A DNA stretch of 63,304 nt, filler included. It is 7 parts of 7 records of this genome, joined end to end, with 100 filler letters (N's around TTAATTAATTAA, not from the genome) between each part and the next. Parts side by side here need not be neighbours in the genome. Positions count along the whole stretch, not along the records: positions 35,012 to 45,779 come from SRR20825010_1667; positions 45,880 to 48,938 come from SRR20825010_1668; 5 more parts are not named here. The stretch is one strand, 5' to 3'. The notes beneath the pieces are model-generated. The model searched no databases. It was not told where the DNA came from and saw only the letters and a list, made by a program, of their open reading frames with translations. Of this stretch, positions 38,782-49,038 are shown piece by piece. The position numbers were made by a program, and so were the translations under genes. Within the stretch, counting starts at the first letter, position 1. Each line of letters begins with the position of its first letter.

Positions 38782-39756
38782 ATGATTCGAATCGTTGTCG
38801 TGAGCGTTGCGCTCTGCGTGCTGTGCGGGTGCGGCGGCCTTGGTCGTGACATGTCACCCCGGGTCGTGGTGCTGGGCATCGCCCAGGACGGCGGCGTGCC
38901 GCAGGCGGGGAGCTTTGCCGACCAGCGGTGGGGCGAGGCCAACGGCCAGCGGATGGTCGCGTGTCTCGGCCTGCTCGACCCGCGGACCGAGAGCGTGTGG
39001 ATGTTTGACGCGACGCCGGACTTCCGGCGGCAGCTCTACGACCTGCACGCCGAGGCGGAGGGGCCCCGGTGGCGGTGGCGGGCGGGCAATCACCTCGGCG
39101 AGCCGAAGCCGCGGCCGCTGGACGGGGTGTTTCTGACGCACGCCCACATCGGCCACTACACGGGGTTGATGTTTTTGGGGCACGAGTCGATGGGGACCGA
39201 CAACGTTCCGGTGTACGCGATGCCGCGGATGCGGGGGTTTCTGGAGCGCCACGGACCGTGGGACCAGCTCGTGCGGTATGAGAACATCGAGCTGCGCACG
39301 CTGGCGGCCGGCGAGCCGGTGGTGCTGGGCGAGGGGCTGTCGGTGACGCCGTTTCTGGTGCCGCACCGGCAGGAGTATTCGGAGGTCGTGGGGTATCGGA
39401 TCGACGGGCCGTCGCGTTCGGTGCTCTTCATCCCTGATATCGATTCGTGGGAGGAGTGGGACGCGATGGGCACGCGGATCGAGGACATGCTGGCGCGGGT
39501 CGATATCGCGTATCTCGACGGGACGTTCTTTGCCGACGGTGAGATCCCCGGGCGGGACATGAGCGGTTTCCCGCACCCGTTCATCACACACAGCATGGAA
39601 CGGTTCGCGTCGTTGCCCGAAACTGCGCGCGCAAAGGTGCGCTTCCTTCACCTGAACCACACCAATCCGGCGCTGCAGACGGATGGATATGCACAGCGTC
39701 GTATTCAACGTGCGGGGATGCGCGTGGCTCAAGAAGGAGAGGCGGAAGGCCTGTGA
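38782..39756 (+). CDS. PqqB-like metallo-beta-lactamase-fold hydrolase (possible lipoprotein)
   Basis: LGIAQDGGVPQ, FDATPD, THAHIGH, DGTF, HLNHTN; N-terminal signal with Cys. Confidence 0.85.
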   Translation: MIRIVVVSVALCVLCGCGGLGRDMSPRVVVLGIAQDGGVPQAGSFADQRWGEANGQRMVACLGLLDPRTESVWMFDATPDFRRQLYDLHAEAEGPRWRWRAGNHLGEPKPRPLDGVFLTHAHIGHYTGLMFLGHESMGTDNVPVYAMPRMRGFLERHGPWDQLVRYENIELRTLAAGEPVVLGEGLSVTPFLVPHRQEYSEVVGYRIDGPSRSVLFIPDIDSWEEWDAMGTRIEDMLARVDIAYLDGTFFADGEIPGRDMSGFPHPFITHSMERFASLPETARAKVRFLHLNHTNPALQTDGYAQRRIQRAGMRVAQEGEAEGL

Positions 39757-39829
39757 TGATCGGCTAGACTTGGGGCGGGGAGACCGGTCGGGGACGGCGG
39801 GTCAGACCGAGAGATTCCAGGAGAGAGCC

Positions 39830-42739
39830 GTGCGATTCGAAGATGTTTCTCGTTGTGTGCGTGTTGTGGTCTGCGCGGTCGCGGCTGCGGTGTACGCCGA
39901 TCCGCCGCCGGCGCCGGACGCGTTGACGGAGATGTCCGCGGCGGCGTGGGATGCGCAGGCGGACGGCTCGTTTGCCAGCGTGTCCAATGACACGGAGCGA
40001 TTTGTCGACGGCTCGGCATCGCTCCGCTTCGAGACCGGCGGCGGGTTTGACACGTGGCTCTGGTCGCCGGGCGATCGCTCGGCGTCGTGGGACATGCTGG
40101 CCGACGGCTCGGGCGGGATGCGGTTTTCGGCGTACGCCGAGAACGACTTTACCTTTCAGGGCGGAAGCCCCTGGGTGCGGTTGTACTCCAACGGCGGGTA
40201 CGTCCAGTACCGGCCGCGGGTGGACGTGCTCAACGATGCGCTGGGGCGATGGGCCGAGTTTGCCATCCCCTACGCGGGTGACGCGGTGTGGGTGAGAACG
40301 GACGTCGGATCGCCGGACCTTTCTTCTGTCGATTCGGTGGAGATCCACGCGGACACGTGGGACGCGGGGTTTGTGCTGTGGATCGACGGGCTCCGGTTCG
40401 ACATGTCGCTCCCGGCGCCCGACCGGCTCCGGGCCTACGCGGGCAACGCGAGTGTGGCGCTGGAGTGGGACGCGTACCCCGACCCGATGGGGCGGCTGGA
40501 TGGGTTCGCGGTGTACCGCGAGCTGTCGCCGTTCTCGAGCGTGGACGGGCTCTCGCCGATCGCGGTGGTGGGTGATCCCGACGCGACGGTGTTCCTCGAC
40601 GACACGGCGAGCAACGGGGTGCGGTACCACTACGCCGTGACCGCGCTGTTCGACGGCGGGGCGGAGACCGAGGATGTTGAGAGTGTCGGTCCCCGGACGC
40701 CGCGGCTGGAATCGGACCTGCAGATCGTGTCGGTCTCGCGCACGCCGCGGTTCCCGCGGTACGACCCGACGTACACGTACCACGAGATTACCGAGCCCGG
40801 CGGATTCGGGCCGTACATCACGACAGCCGCGACGGGCCTGGGCTCCGGGCAGGACCAGGACACACAGCGCTGGCCGATGATGGGAGAGACGGTCACCTAC
40901 ACGATGACGGTCCGGAACCGGGGGACGACGCCCTACATCGGGAGCCTGCCCTACGCGTGGTCTCTCGACGGGGACACCGTCGAGAGCGCCTCGCCGTTCG
41001 AAGCCATCGAGATCGGCGACACGGTGACCTACTCGTGGTCCATGCCGTGGGACGGTGCGCACCACGAGATCGAGGCGAGGCTGGACATCGCCGACGACCG
41101 GCCGGGGAACAACACGTTCGAGCTCGACAGCAAGTCGGTCGCGTTCCTGTCGTTCGCGGACCTGACCTACATCGAGAACTTCCGCGAGCAGTCGCCCGAG
41201 TACGACGCGATCTCGGACGACCTGTTCGACTGGCTGAACCTGCACATGGCCCGGTTCAACGAGCTGTTTGAGGCGGCGGGGACGGACAAGCGCGTGCACT
41301 TCGACGTGCTGGCGGCGCTCGAGGACGACGCGCCGGACCCGGTGGTGGACCGCATCGACTTTGCGATCTTCCCGTTCCGGTACAAGGCGACCGACGGCAC
41401 GCTCCGGCTCAGCGGCTACTACGACCCGGACGAGGACCTGGACTACGGGCTGCTGCACGAGATGGGGCACCAGCTCGGCCTTATCGATCTCTACCGGCTG
41501 GATCTTCCGGCCGACCGGAACCATGTCTCGGGCGAGGTCTATTGGGCGATCCCGGGTCTGATGCACGGTGTTGATCACGTGGTTAGCCGGCACAGCGCCG
41601 ACGCGATGACGCTGTGGCTGGACAAGGCGCACGGGTATTACGGGCAGTATCTGTACCGGCTGCCCGAGCACTGCCGCGTGCGGCTGCTGGGCCACGACGG
41701 CGGGCCGCTTGCGGGCGCGACAGTCCGGGTCTACCAGCGGGCGGAGCGCCCCGGGCTGGGCGATGTCATCACCAATCAGGTCAAGTTCACCGGCGTGACC
41801 GACGGTGCGGGTGAGTGGACGCTGCCGAACGTGGCGATCGATCCGGACATCATCCCGGAGACCTACGTCGGCGATGCGTTGGGCCCGAACCCGTTCGGCT
41901 ATGTCGCCGTGGTCGGCACCAACGGCCTGCTGCTGCTCGAGATCGAGCACGAGGGGCAGACCGACTACGCGTGGCTTCCCATCACCGAGGCCAACGACGC
42001 CTATTGGGCCGGGCAGACCGGCACCGCGATCTTCGAGCGGACGCTCTCGATCGGCGGAGGCGTGCAGTACTTCCCGCCGGCCGAGCTCACCGAGCAGAAC
42101 GCCGCCGACTGGGCGACCTGGGCACAGGACGGTCAGCTGCTGGTGCGTGACGACGAGGCGATGGTGCGGGAGGGGCAGAGCTCGCTGGAGTACATCGCGA
42201 CGGGCGGCGGGGACAACGCCGCGACGTACCCCGGTGAGGGTGTCGCGTCGTGGGATCTCTCTGCGGTGCAGCGGATCCACCTGTGGGTCTACGCCGACAA
42301 CGACAACGTCGGATTCCAGAACAACAGCCCGTGGATACGACTGCTGGGCGACGGCGGGGACTTCATCGAGCTGCACTCGACCCAGGATGCGCTCAACCAG
42401 GCCCGCGATCGGTGGGTCGAGTTGAGCATCCCGCTGGCCGGCGACGGCGCGTGGGCCCGGACGGTGCAGGGGTCTCCGGACATCACGTCGATCCGGGGCA
42501 TCGCGCTCCACGCCGACACGTGGGAGGCGGGCTTTACGGTCTGGTGGGACGGCCTGCGGTTCGACCCGCCGGTCTGTGCCGCGGACTTCAACTCCGACGG
42601 CACGATCGACACCCGGGATGTGATCACCTTCCTGAACACCTGGTCGGGCGGCCAGGGCCGCGCCGACACCAACGGGGACGGGGTGGTCGATACTCGGGAT
42701 GTGATCGCGTTCCTGAACCGGTGGACTGCCGGCTGCTGA
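39830..42739 (+). CDS. Secreted multidomain zinc metalloprotease-like protein with C-terminal GC-type dockerin
   Basis: GTG start after AGGAGAG; duplicated ~160-aa beta-sandwich, FN3-like and CARDB-like modules, HEMGH, terminal ADFNSDG...ADTNGDG...AGC. Confidence 0.8.
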   Translation: MRFEDVSRCVRVVVCAVAAAVYADPPPAPDALTEMSAAAWDAQADGSFASVSNDTERFVDGSASLRFETGGGFDTWLWSPGDRSASWDMLADGSGGMRFSAYAENDFTFQGGSPWVRLYSNGGYVQYRPRVDVLNDALGRWAEFAIPYAGDAVWVRTDVGSPDLSSVDSVEIHADTWDAGFVLWIDGLRFDMSLPAPDRLRAYAGNASVALEWDAYPDPMGRLDGFAVYRELSPFSSVDGLSPIAVVGDPDATVFLDDTASNGVRYHYAVTALFDGGAETEDVESVGPRTPRLESDLQIVSVSRTPRFPRYDPTYTYHEITEPGGFGPYITTAATGLGSGQDQDTQRWPMMGETVTYTMTVRNRGTTPYIGSLPYAWSLDGDTVESASPFEAIEIGDTVTYSWSMPWDGAHHEIEARLDIADDRPGNNTFELDSKSVAFLSFADLTYIENFREQSPEYDAISDDLFDWLNLHMARFNELFEAAGTDKRVHFDVLAALEDDAPDPVVDRIDFAIFPFRYKATDGTLRLSGYYDPDEDLDYGLLHEMGHQLGLIDLYRLDLPADRNHVSGEVYWAIPGLMHGVDHVVSRHSADAMTLWLDKAHGYYGQYLYRLPEHCRVRLLGHDGGPLAGATVRVYQRAERPGLGDVITNQVKFTGVTDGAGEWTLPNVAIDPDIIPETYVGDALGPNPFGYVAVVGTNGLLLLEIEHEGQTDYAWLPITEANDAYWAGQTGTAIFERTLSIGGGVQYFPPAELTEQNAADWATWAQDGQLLVRDDEAMVREGQSSLEYIATGGGDNAATYPGEGVASWDLSAVQRIHLWVYADNDNVGFQNNSPWIRLLGDGGDFIELHSTQDALNQARDRWVELSIPLAGDGAWARTVQGSPDITSIRGIALHADTWEAGFTVWWDGLRFDPPVCAADFNSDGTIDTRDVITFLNTWSGGQGRADTNGDGVVDTRDVIAFLNRWTAGC

Positions 42740-42848
42740 GGTGCCCCGCTGATCTGCAAGGGAATCCCCCGACGAAGTTTCACGCCGGGGGATGAAACGC
42801 TGTAGGCTTCCTCTCGAACAACCGCCGGGAGGCCATTGCGTTGCGCTC

Positions 42849-43583
42849 ATGATCCGCTGTATCGATGTGCACAAGTCGTACCGATTGGCCGATCGTGAGG
42901 TGCCCGCCCTGCGCGGGGCGTCTCTCGAGATCGCCGAGCCGGGTTTTTACGCGATCATGGGGCAGTCCGGGTCGGGCAAATCGACGCTGCTGCACCTGTT
43001 GGCGACGCTCGACCGGCCGGATTCGGGCGAGATCTTCATCGGCGGGCGGAGCGTGCACGACCTCTCCGAGCGCGAGGCGACCGACTTCCGCAGGCGGGGT
43101 CTGGGCATCGTGTTCCAGCAGTTCAATCTGATCCCGACGCTCTCGGCGGCCGAGAATGTCGAATTGCCGGGCCTGCTGGCGGGGGACGAGCCGAAGAAGC
43201 TCCGCGCGCGCGCGCTCGAGCTGCTCGAGCTGCTCGGTCTTGAGGACCGGGCGAGCCACCGGCCCGAAGCGATGTCCGGCGGCGAGCAGCAGCGGGTCGC
43301 GATCGCCCGCTCGCTGCTCTATTCCCCCCCTGTCCTGCTGGCCGACGAGCCCACAGGGAACCTGGACTCGGAGAACGCCGAGCGGCTGTGGTCGCTGCTC
43401 GGCTCGCTCGCCGCCCAGCACGAGATGACGGTGTTGATGGTCACGCACGAGCCCGCGGCGGCGGCGCACTGCCGGCGGGCCTTCCTGCTGCAGGACGGCC
43501 GCGTCCGGGGCGAAATGGAAACGGAGGGGCTCGATGCGGCCGGTGTGGCGGCTCGCTATCAGCAGGCTCTGGGTCCGGCCTAG
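42849..43583 (+). CDS. ABC transporter ATP-binding protein (LolD/MacB-like)
   Basis: GQSGSGKST, MSGGEQQRVAIAR, LADEPTGNLD, VTH. Confidence 0.95.
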   Translation: MIRCIDVHKSYRLADREVPALRGASLEIAEPGFYAIMGQSGSGKSTLLHLLATLDRPDSGEIFIGGRSVHDLSEREATDFRRRGLGIVFQQFNLIPTLSAAENVELPGLLAGDEPKKLRARALELLELLGLEDRASHRPEAMSGGEQQRVAIARSLLYSPPVLLADEPTGNLDSENAERLWSLLGSLAAQHEMTVLMVTHEPAAAAHCRRAFLLQDGRVRGEMETEGLDAAGVAARYQQALGPA

Positions 43584-45779
43584 CCGCACGATCCTCATCG
43601 TGCTGGCGGTCGCGCTGTCGGCTGCGCTGATCACGGTGGTCTCGAGCGCGATGGCCTCGCTCAACGCGGCGATCCGCGGCCAGCTCAGCCGCACCGTCGG
43701 CGCGGCCGACGTGGTGCTCAAGCCGGCGACCTCGGTCAAGTCGGTGCAGGCCGACTGGCTCTCCCGCGTTGAGGCGTGGCCGGGTGTGGAGGTCGCCTCG
43801 CCGTCGCGGCAGGAGTCGATCCGCCTCGAACTCGCCACAGAGGTGCTCGCCGAACCCGCCGGGGGCGACGGGCCGTGGACCCGCGAGCCCCGCACGCTCG
43901 ATCTGTCCACGGTGGTGTACGGGGTTGATTTCGCTACATGGCAGCAGCTGCGGCCGGTCGAGCTGGTCGCGGGAAGGTTGCCCGAAGCGCCGGGCGAGAT
44001 CGTGGTCGATGGTCTGGTGACCGAGCGGCTCACCTACGGCTATCAGGCCGAGGACCGCGGCTCGGGGCGGTACGGGATCACCGTCGGCACGGCGGTCGCG
44101 GGCACGCCCGTAGAGGAGATCCCGCAGAGCGTGGGCTCGGCCGACGAGGCCGAGCGGTTGAACGCCACGGTCGGGCTGCGGCTGGGGGATCGGCTTCGGG
44201 TGCGGCGGCTGCTGCGCGCGCCGGCGGAGTTCACGGTCGTGGGCATCGCCCGGCAGGCACCGCTCGGGGGCCGTCCCCAGGGGTACACGACGCTCGAATC
44301 GCTGGCTTCGGCGACCGGCGGCGGGGGCAAGCTGACGGAGATCGAGGCGCGGCTGGCGCCGGGGGTCGATCCCGCCGAGTTTGCCGCGACGCACAGCCCG
44401 GAGGTGCCCGAGGGCTTTGTGCTGACGACCACCGCGCGGGTCACCGCCAACGTGGAGAAGAACCTCGCGTCGAGCCAGCTCGGGCTCATCCTGGCGACGG
44501 TGCTGGCGTTCTTGACGGCGGCGTTCATCATCTTCACGGGGCTGACGGTGGACGCGGCGCAGCAGCAGCGGGAGCTGGCGATGCTGCGGTGTGTCGGGGC
44601 GAGCCGCACGCAGCTCGCGGCGTTCCAACTGCTGGTCGGGGCGTTCATCGGCCTGGCAGGGGCGGCGTTGGGAGTGCCGCTGGGGCTGGGCATCGCGGCC
44701 GCGGTCGTCTCGGCGTTCCGCGAGTATGTCCCCGAGGGGACGATTATCAGCCCGCTTGGTCTGGTGCTTGCGCCCGCGGGGAGCCTGCTCGCCGGGCTGC
44801 TCGGTGCGGCGTGGCCGGCGTGGCGTGCGGCGCGGACGAGCCCGCTGAAGGCGATGGCCTCGCGGGCGACGGCACCGAGCCGCAAGATCATTGCGGCCGC
44901 GACACTGGTCGCGGTGGTGGGGCTGGGCATCCAGCTGCTGACATTCCTCGTGCCGCGTGACGGCCAGACGATGTTTTGGGCGTACGCGACGGTCGGTCTG
45001 CCGGCGGTGTTCTTCGGCTATTTCTTCCTGTCGGTGCCGGTGATGATTCTCGTGACGCGCGTGTGCGGGCCGCTCATCGTGCGTCTGCTCGGCGTGCCGC
45101 GGGGGCTGGTCGAGCGGCTCGTCGCGGCGACGCCCTTCCGGTACGGCTTCACGGCCGGGGCGATGATGGCGGGCCTGGCGCTGATGGTCGGGCTCTGGAC
45201 GCAGGGCGGGGCGCTCATCCGCGACTGGCTGGAGAAGCTGCAGTTCCCCGACGCTTTTGTCAGCGGGCTCAACATCCCGCCGGAGGCACAGGACAAGCTC
45301 GAGGCCATGCCCTTTGTGACCGGCACGTGCGCGATCACGCTGCACCCGGTCGAGACGGACGCCTTCGGCGTGCGCGCGCTGCAGCAGTACTACACGACAT
45401 TCATCGCCTTCGAGCCCGGGCCGTTCTTCGAGATGGCGACGCTGACGTGGGTCGAGGGCGATCCGGAGAATGCGCTGCGAAGACTCGAGCAGGGCGGCGC
45501 GGTGATCGTCGCGCGGGAGTTTCAAGTCGCCCAGGACCTGCACATCGGGGACACGTTCACGTGCAGCGACGAGGGTGTGGAGCACGAGTTCGAGATCGTC
45601 GGCGTCGTGACCAGCCCGGGGCTGGAGATCGTCAGCAAGTTCTTCGATGTGGGGGCCGAGTACACCCAGCAGGCGCTGCACGCGGTGTTCGGCTCGCGCG
45701 ACGATCTGCGCGCGCGGTTCGGCACCGACTCGATCAACCTGATCCAGATCGGCCTCGACCCGGACACTCGGGATGACGA
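43534..45779 (+). CDS. ABC transporter permease (FtsX/MacB-like), 3'-truncated
   Basis: N-terminal TM, large periplasmic domain, RELAMLRCVGAS, PAWRAARTSPLKAM. Confidence 0.9.
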
Positions 45780-45879
45780 NNNNNNNNNNNNNNNNNNNNN
45801 NNNNNNNNNNNNNNNNNNNNNNNTTAATTAATTAANNNNNNNNNNNNNNNNNNNNNNNNNNNNNNNNNNNNNNNNNNNN
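45780..45879. other. Artificial contig spacer
   Basis: N44-TTAATTAATTAA-N44. Confidence 0.99.
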
Positions 45880-46099
45880 CCATCAACTGCTCCACGCCGT
45901 CTTCCTTTTCCAGGTAGGCGAGGCAACTTTCGGCGTCGCGGGCCAGCGCACCGTCGACATCGTAATTGCGGAAGACCGGCAGGATGCGGATCATTTCACT
46001 CATCAGAATGACTTCCTGCTCGGCCATTTCCTTGTCGGCGCAGGCCACCAGAACCATTACGTGGATCAGGGCGCTGTGCGGGCTCATCTTGTCGGACAT
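45880..46099 (-). CDS. TerB-family protein, 3'-truncated
   Basis: HSALIHVMVLVACADKEMAEQE...LPVF, typical of alphaproteobacterial TerB-like proteins. Confidence 0.75.
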
Positions 46100-46153
46100 C
46101 TGGTGCAGGCTCCATCTTCATCAGGTCAGCATGTGTTCGCTGGCGCTAATGTG

Positions 46154-48916
46154 TCAGGTGCGGCCCGTGTCGTCCATGGCTCCGTCTTTGCCATAGGCAT
46201 CCCGGGACAGGAAAGCCCGCGTGGTGGCCACGGCCTCTGCCAGTCCGACACGTTCCACCACCACATCCGACGGAAAGGCATCACAGAGACGGGACGGCAA
46301 ACGCGAATCCAGGATGACGAAGACCCCACGGTCCCCGTGCCTGCGCAACAGTCGGCCAAACGCCTGTTTCAGCTTCAGGCGGGTAAGCATGTCGTCATAC
46401 GCCCCCTTGCCGAACGCTTCCCGCCGGGCCTTGTGCATGATGTCTGGTCGTGGCCATGGCACCCGGTCGAAGACGATCAGGCGCAGCGACTTGCCCGGCA
46501 CATCAACGCCATCGCGCACCGCGTCCGTGCCCAGCAGGCACGAATCCTCCTCCGCCCGGAAGATATCGACCAGCGTGGGGGTATCGATCGGGTCAACATG
46601 CTGCGCGTACAACGGCAGGCCATGCGCTTCCAGTGGACCGATCAGGCGTTCATGCACGGCGCGCAGGCGTCGGATGGCCGTGAACAGGCCGATGGCACCA
46701 CCACCCGACGCCAGAAACAGTTCACGGTACGCGGCCGAAATCTCGTCCACCCGGTCCCGGCGCACATCACGCACGACCAGGATGCGGGTCTGCTTGCCGT
46801 AATCGAACGGCGACGGCACGCTGATCCGCTCCGCCGGTTGCACCATGTGGGTCAGGCCCGTCCGCGCCTCTGCCGTGGCCCAGTCGTCACCGTCCGATCG
46901 GTCGCGCAGACTGGCCGACGTGATCAGCACCCCGTGGGACGGTTTCAGCACCACTTCGGCAAAGGCCTTCATCGGGTCGAGCATGTGGCGGTGGTAGGCC
47001 ACGTCCGCCTCCCGACCGCCGATCCGGCGCAGGGCGAACCAGTCGATGAAACCTTCAGGGCGCGCACCGCCCAGTCCCTGCAACATGGAAATCCATGCGG
47101 TGAGCAGATTGCCGGCGCGATAGTCGAGGCCGCTTACCGCCGCTTCGATCCGCACCCGCTCCCCCGTCGGCAGTTCACCGGCCTCATCATCCAGCCGGTC
47201 CAGCAGCGTCTGTTTCAAGTCCTTCAACGGTGTCCGCAGTTCCTCAAGCGCGCGGATCAGCTTCGCGGAGGCTGTGACCAGACCATCAACCGGCGGGTCG
47301 GTCGTGCATTCCAGCCCATAGACGTCATCGGGATGATCGGCGCGGGCGCGAAGCTGTTGGCGCACAACGGCCAGGAACTCTTCCGTCGCCCCCTTCGGAC
47401 CTTCCCCGCGCAATCTGGCCTGCCAGTCAAAGCCGGGCAGGACACGCGCCGCATGGGTTGCACGATCCAGCGCCTCCGTCGCGGCGTCATCGCCGACGAT
47501 CAGGTCCTGGATGCGTCGTGTCAGCCCCCGCGCCCTGCCTCGCGCACCATCTTCCGCACCACGGACCCAGCGGCGCAGCTCCGCCGTTTCCTGCCCGGAC
47601 AGTTCTGCGGCAAAAGCCGCGTCCGCAGCGTCGAACAGATGATGCCCCTCATCAAAGACAAAGCGTTTGGCGCTATGTTCATCCGCCGCCTGCTGCACGG
47701 CACGGATCAGCACCAGTGCATGATTGGCGATCACGATCTCTGCCCGCTCCGACCTGCGTCGGGCATTTTCGATGAAGCATTTCCGGTAATGGTCGCAGGC
47801 AGAGAAGACGCATTCGCCCCGCCGGTCAGCAAGTGCGACCGTCTTCGCGGTGCCGAACAGGGTCACCAGCCAGGACGGAAAGTCGCCGCCGCCCAGATCC
47901 CCGTCCCGTGTCGCCTCCACCCAGCGCGCCATCAGCGCCAACGGCACCATGTCGGCCCGGCGCGCGGCACCGCCCTGCACGGCCTCCTGAAAGTTAAGCA
48001 GGCAGAGATAGTTTTCCCGGCCCTTTCGGATCACGGTCTTTTCAGCTTTCTGCAACGGGTTCGGGTAGAGCCGGTCCAGTTCCTGATCAAGCTGGCGTTG
48101 CAGGTTCTTGGTATAGGTGGACAGCCAGACGGACCTGCCGTTCTTTTCGGCCCAGACGGACGCCGGGGCAACATAGCCAAGCGTCTTGCCCGTGCCTGTT
48201 CCGGCCTCCGCCAGCACGACATGTGGCTCATCAATCCGTTCACGCGGGGCAAAGGCGCGGGCGGCGCGGGCGGCATACTGCTGTTGTTCGGGTCGGTCTT
48301 CGGCCCCCGCGTCCAGCATCTGACGCAACCGGTCCAGCGCCTCTATCGGTTCAACCGGTGCATGTCCGGCGGGCGGCAAGGGCGCCAGATCCGGAAAGTC
48401 AGCCACCTGGGTCCATGCATCAAGCCCCCGATGACGGCTCTTGCCCGCTGAAACACCCAGCGCCCGCAACACCGGCCCGGCCCACGGCCAGCCACCATCG
48501 GCCATCGCCTTGGCCAGAACGGCTGCGCGGTCGCGCTGTGCTGCCGGGGTCAACGAGAGGTCATGCAAAAGGGCCGCCGCAGCTTCGAACAATTGCGATG
48601 GATCAGGGGGTATGCCCAGCCCCGGCAGGTCCATCGCCCGCATCAGGCCGTCTGCCGTTGGCAGGCAGAATGTGGCCGGTCGGGCAAAGGCAAACAGTTC
48701 CAGCAGGTCATGGGCAGCAAACGGTGCCACGCCCAGCCGCCGGGCCACGTTGGGCATGTTCACCAGCAGGGGCGGGTCACCCCGCAGCGCCGAACCGGCA
48801 GCCTGGGTATCCAGGGTCTCGATCTCCCCATCCGTGGTCACACGCACGATCCCGCGTCCGCTCAAGGCGACGGCGGGACAGTCCGGCAGCATGATTTCCG
48901 AATCGGGCGTGTTCAT
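46154..48916 (-). CDS. dinG: ATP-dependent DNA helicase, DinG family
   Basis: EAGTGTGKT, KGRENYLC, Fe-S Cys cluster (ECVFSACDHYRKC), DEGH, SAS, DGVDVPG, KQAFGRLLR. Confidence 0.93.
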   Translation of the reverse strand: MNTPDSEIMLPDCPAVALSGRGIVRVTTDGEIETLDTQAAGSALRGDPPLLVNMPNVARRLGVAPFAAHDLLELFAFARPATFCLPTADGLMRAMDLPGLGIPPDPSQLFEAAAALLHDLSLTPAAQRDRAAVLAKAMADGGWPWAGPVLRALGVSAGKSRHRGLDAWTQVADFPDLAPLPPAGHAPVEPIEALDRLRQMLDAGAEDRPEQQQYAARAARAFAPRERIDEPHVVLAEAGTGTGKTLGYVAPASVWAEKNGRSVWLSTYTKNLQRQLDQELDRLYPNPLQKAEKTVIRKGRENYLCLLNFQEAVQGGAARRADMVPLALMARWVEATRDGDLGGGDFPSWLVTLFGTAKTVALADRRGECVFSACDHYRKCFIENARRRSERAEIVIANHALVLIRAVQQAADEHSAKRFVFDEGHHLFDAADAAFAAELSGQETAELRRWVRGAEDGARGRARGLTRRIQDLIVGDDAATEALDRATHAARVLPGFDWQARLRGEGPKGATEEFLAVVRQQLRARADHPDDVYGLECTTDPPVDGLVTASAKLIRALEELRTPLKDLKQTLLDRLDDEAGELPTGERVRIEAAVSGLDYRAGNLLTAWISMLQGLGGARPEGFIDWFALRRIGGREADVAYHRHMLDPMKAFAEVVLKPSHGVLITSASLRDRSDGDDWATAEARTGLTHMVQPAERISVPSPFDYGKQTRILVVRDVRRDRVDEISAAYRELFLASGGGAIGLFTAIRRLRAVHERLIGPLEAHGLPLYAQHVDPIDTPTLVDIFRAEEDSCLLGTDAVRDGVDVPGKSLRLIVFDRVPWPRPDIMHKARREAFGKGAYDDMLTRLKLKQAFGRLLRRHGDRGVFVILDSRLPSRLCDAFPSDVVVERVGLAEAVATTRAFLSRDAYGKDGAMDDTGRT

Positions 48917-48938
48917 CGCAGGACTATATCCATGTCAG

Positions 48939-49038
48939 NNNNNNNNNNNNNNNNNNNNNNNNNNNNNNNNNNNNNNNNNNNNTTAATTAATTAANNNNNN
49001 NNNNNNNNNNNNNNNNNNNNNNNNNNNNNNNNNNNNNN
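48939..49038. other. Artificial contig spacer
   Basis: N44-TTAATTAATTAA-N44. Confidence 0.99.

Noticed and set aside
39764..42874. 1036-aa minus-strand ORF (also 43441-45681, 46061-48451, 48987-51086)
   Set aside because: Antisense shadows of real genes, caused by GC-rich codon bias.
35012..48916. Two DinG helicases in one window, suggesting a type IV CRISPR or defence system
   Set aside because: They lie on different contigs from apparently different phyla, look like housekeeping DinG/YoaA, and have no cas genes or array nearby.
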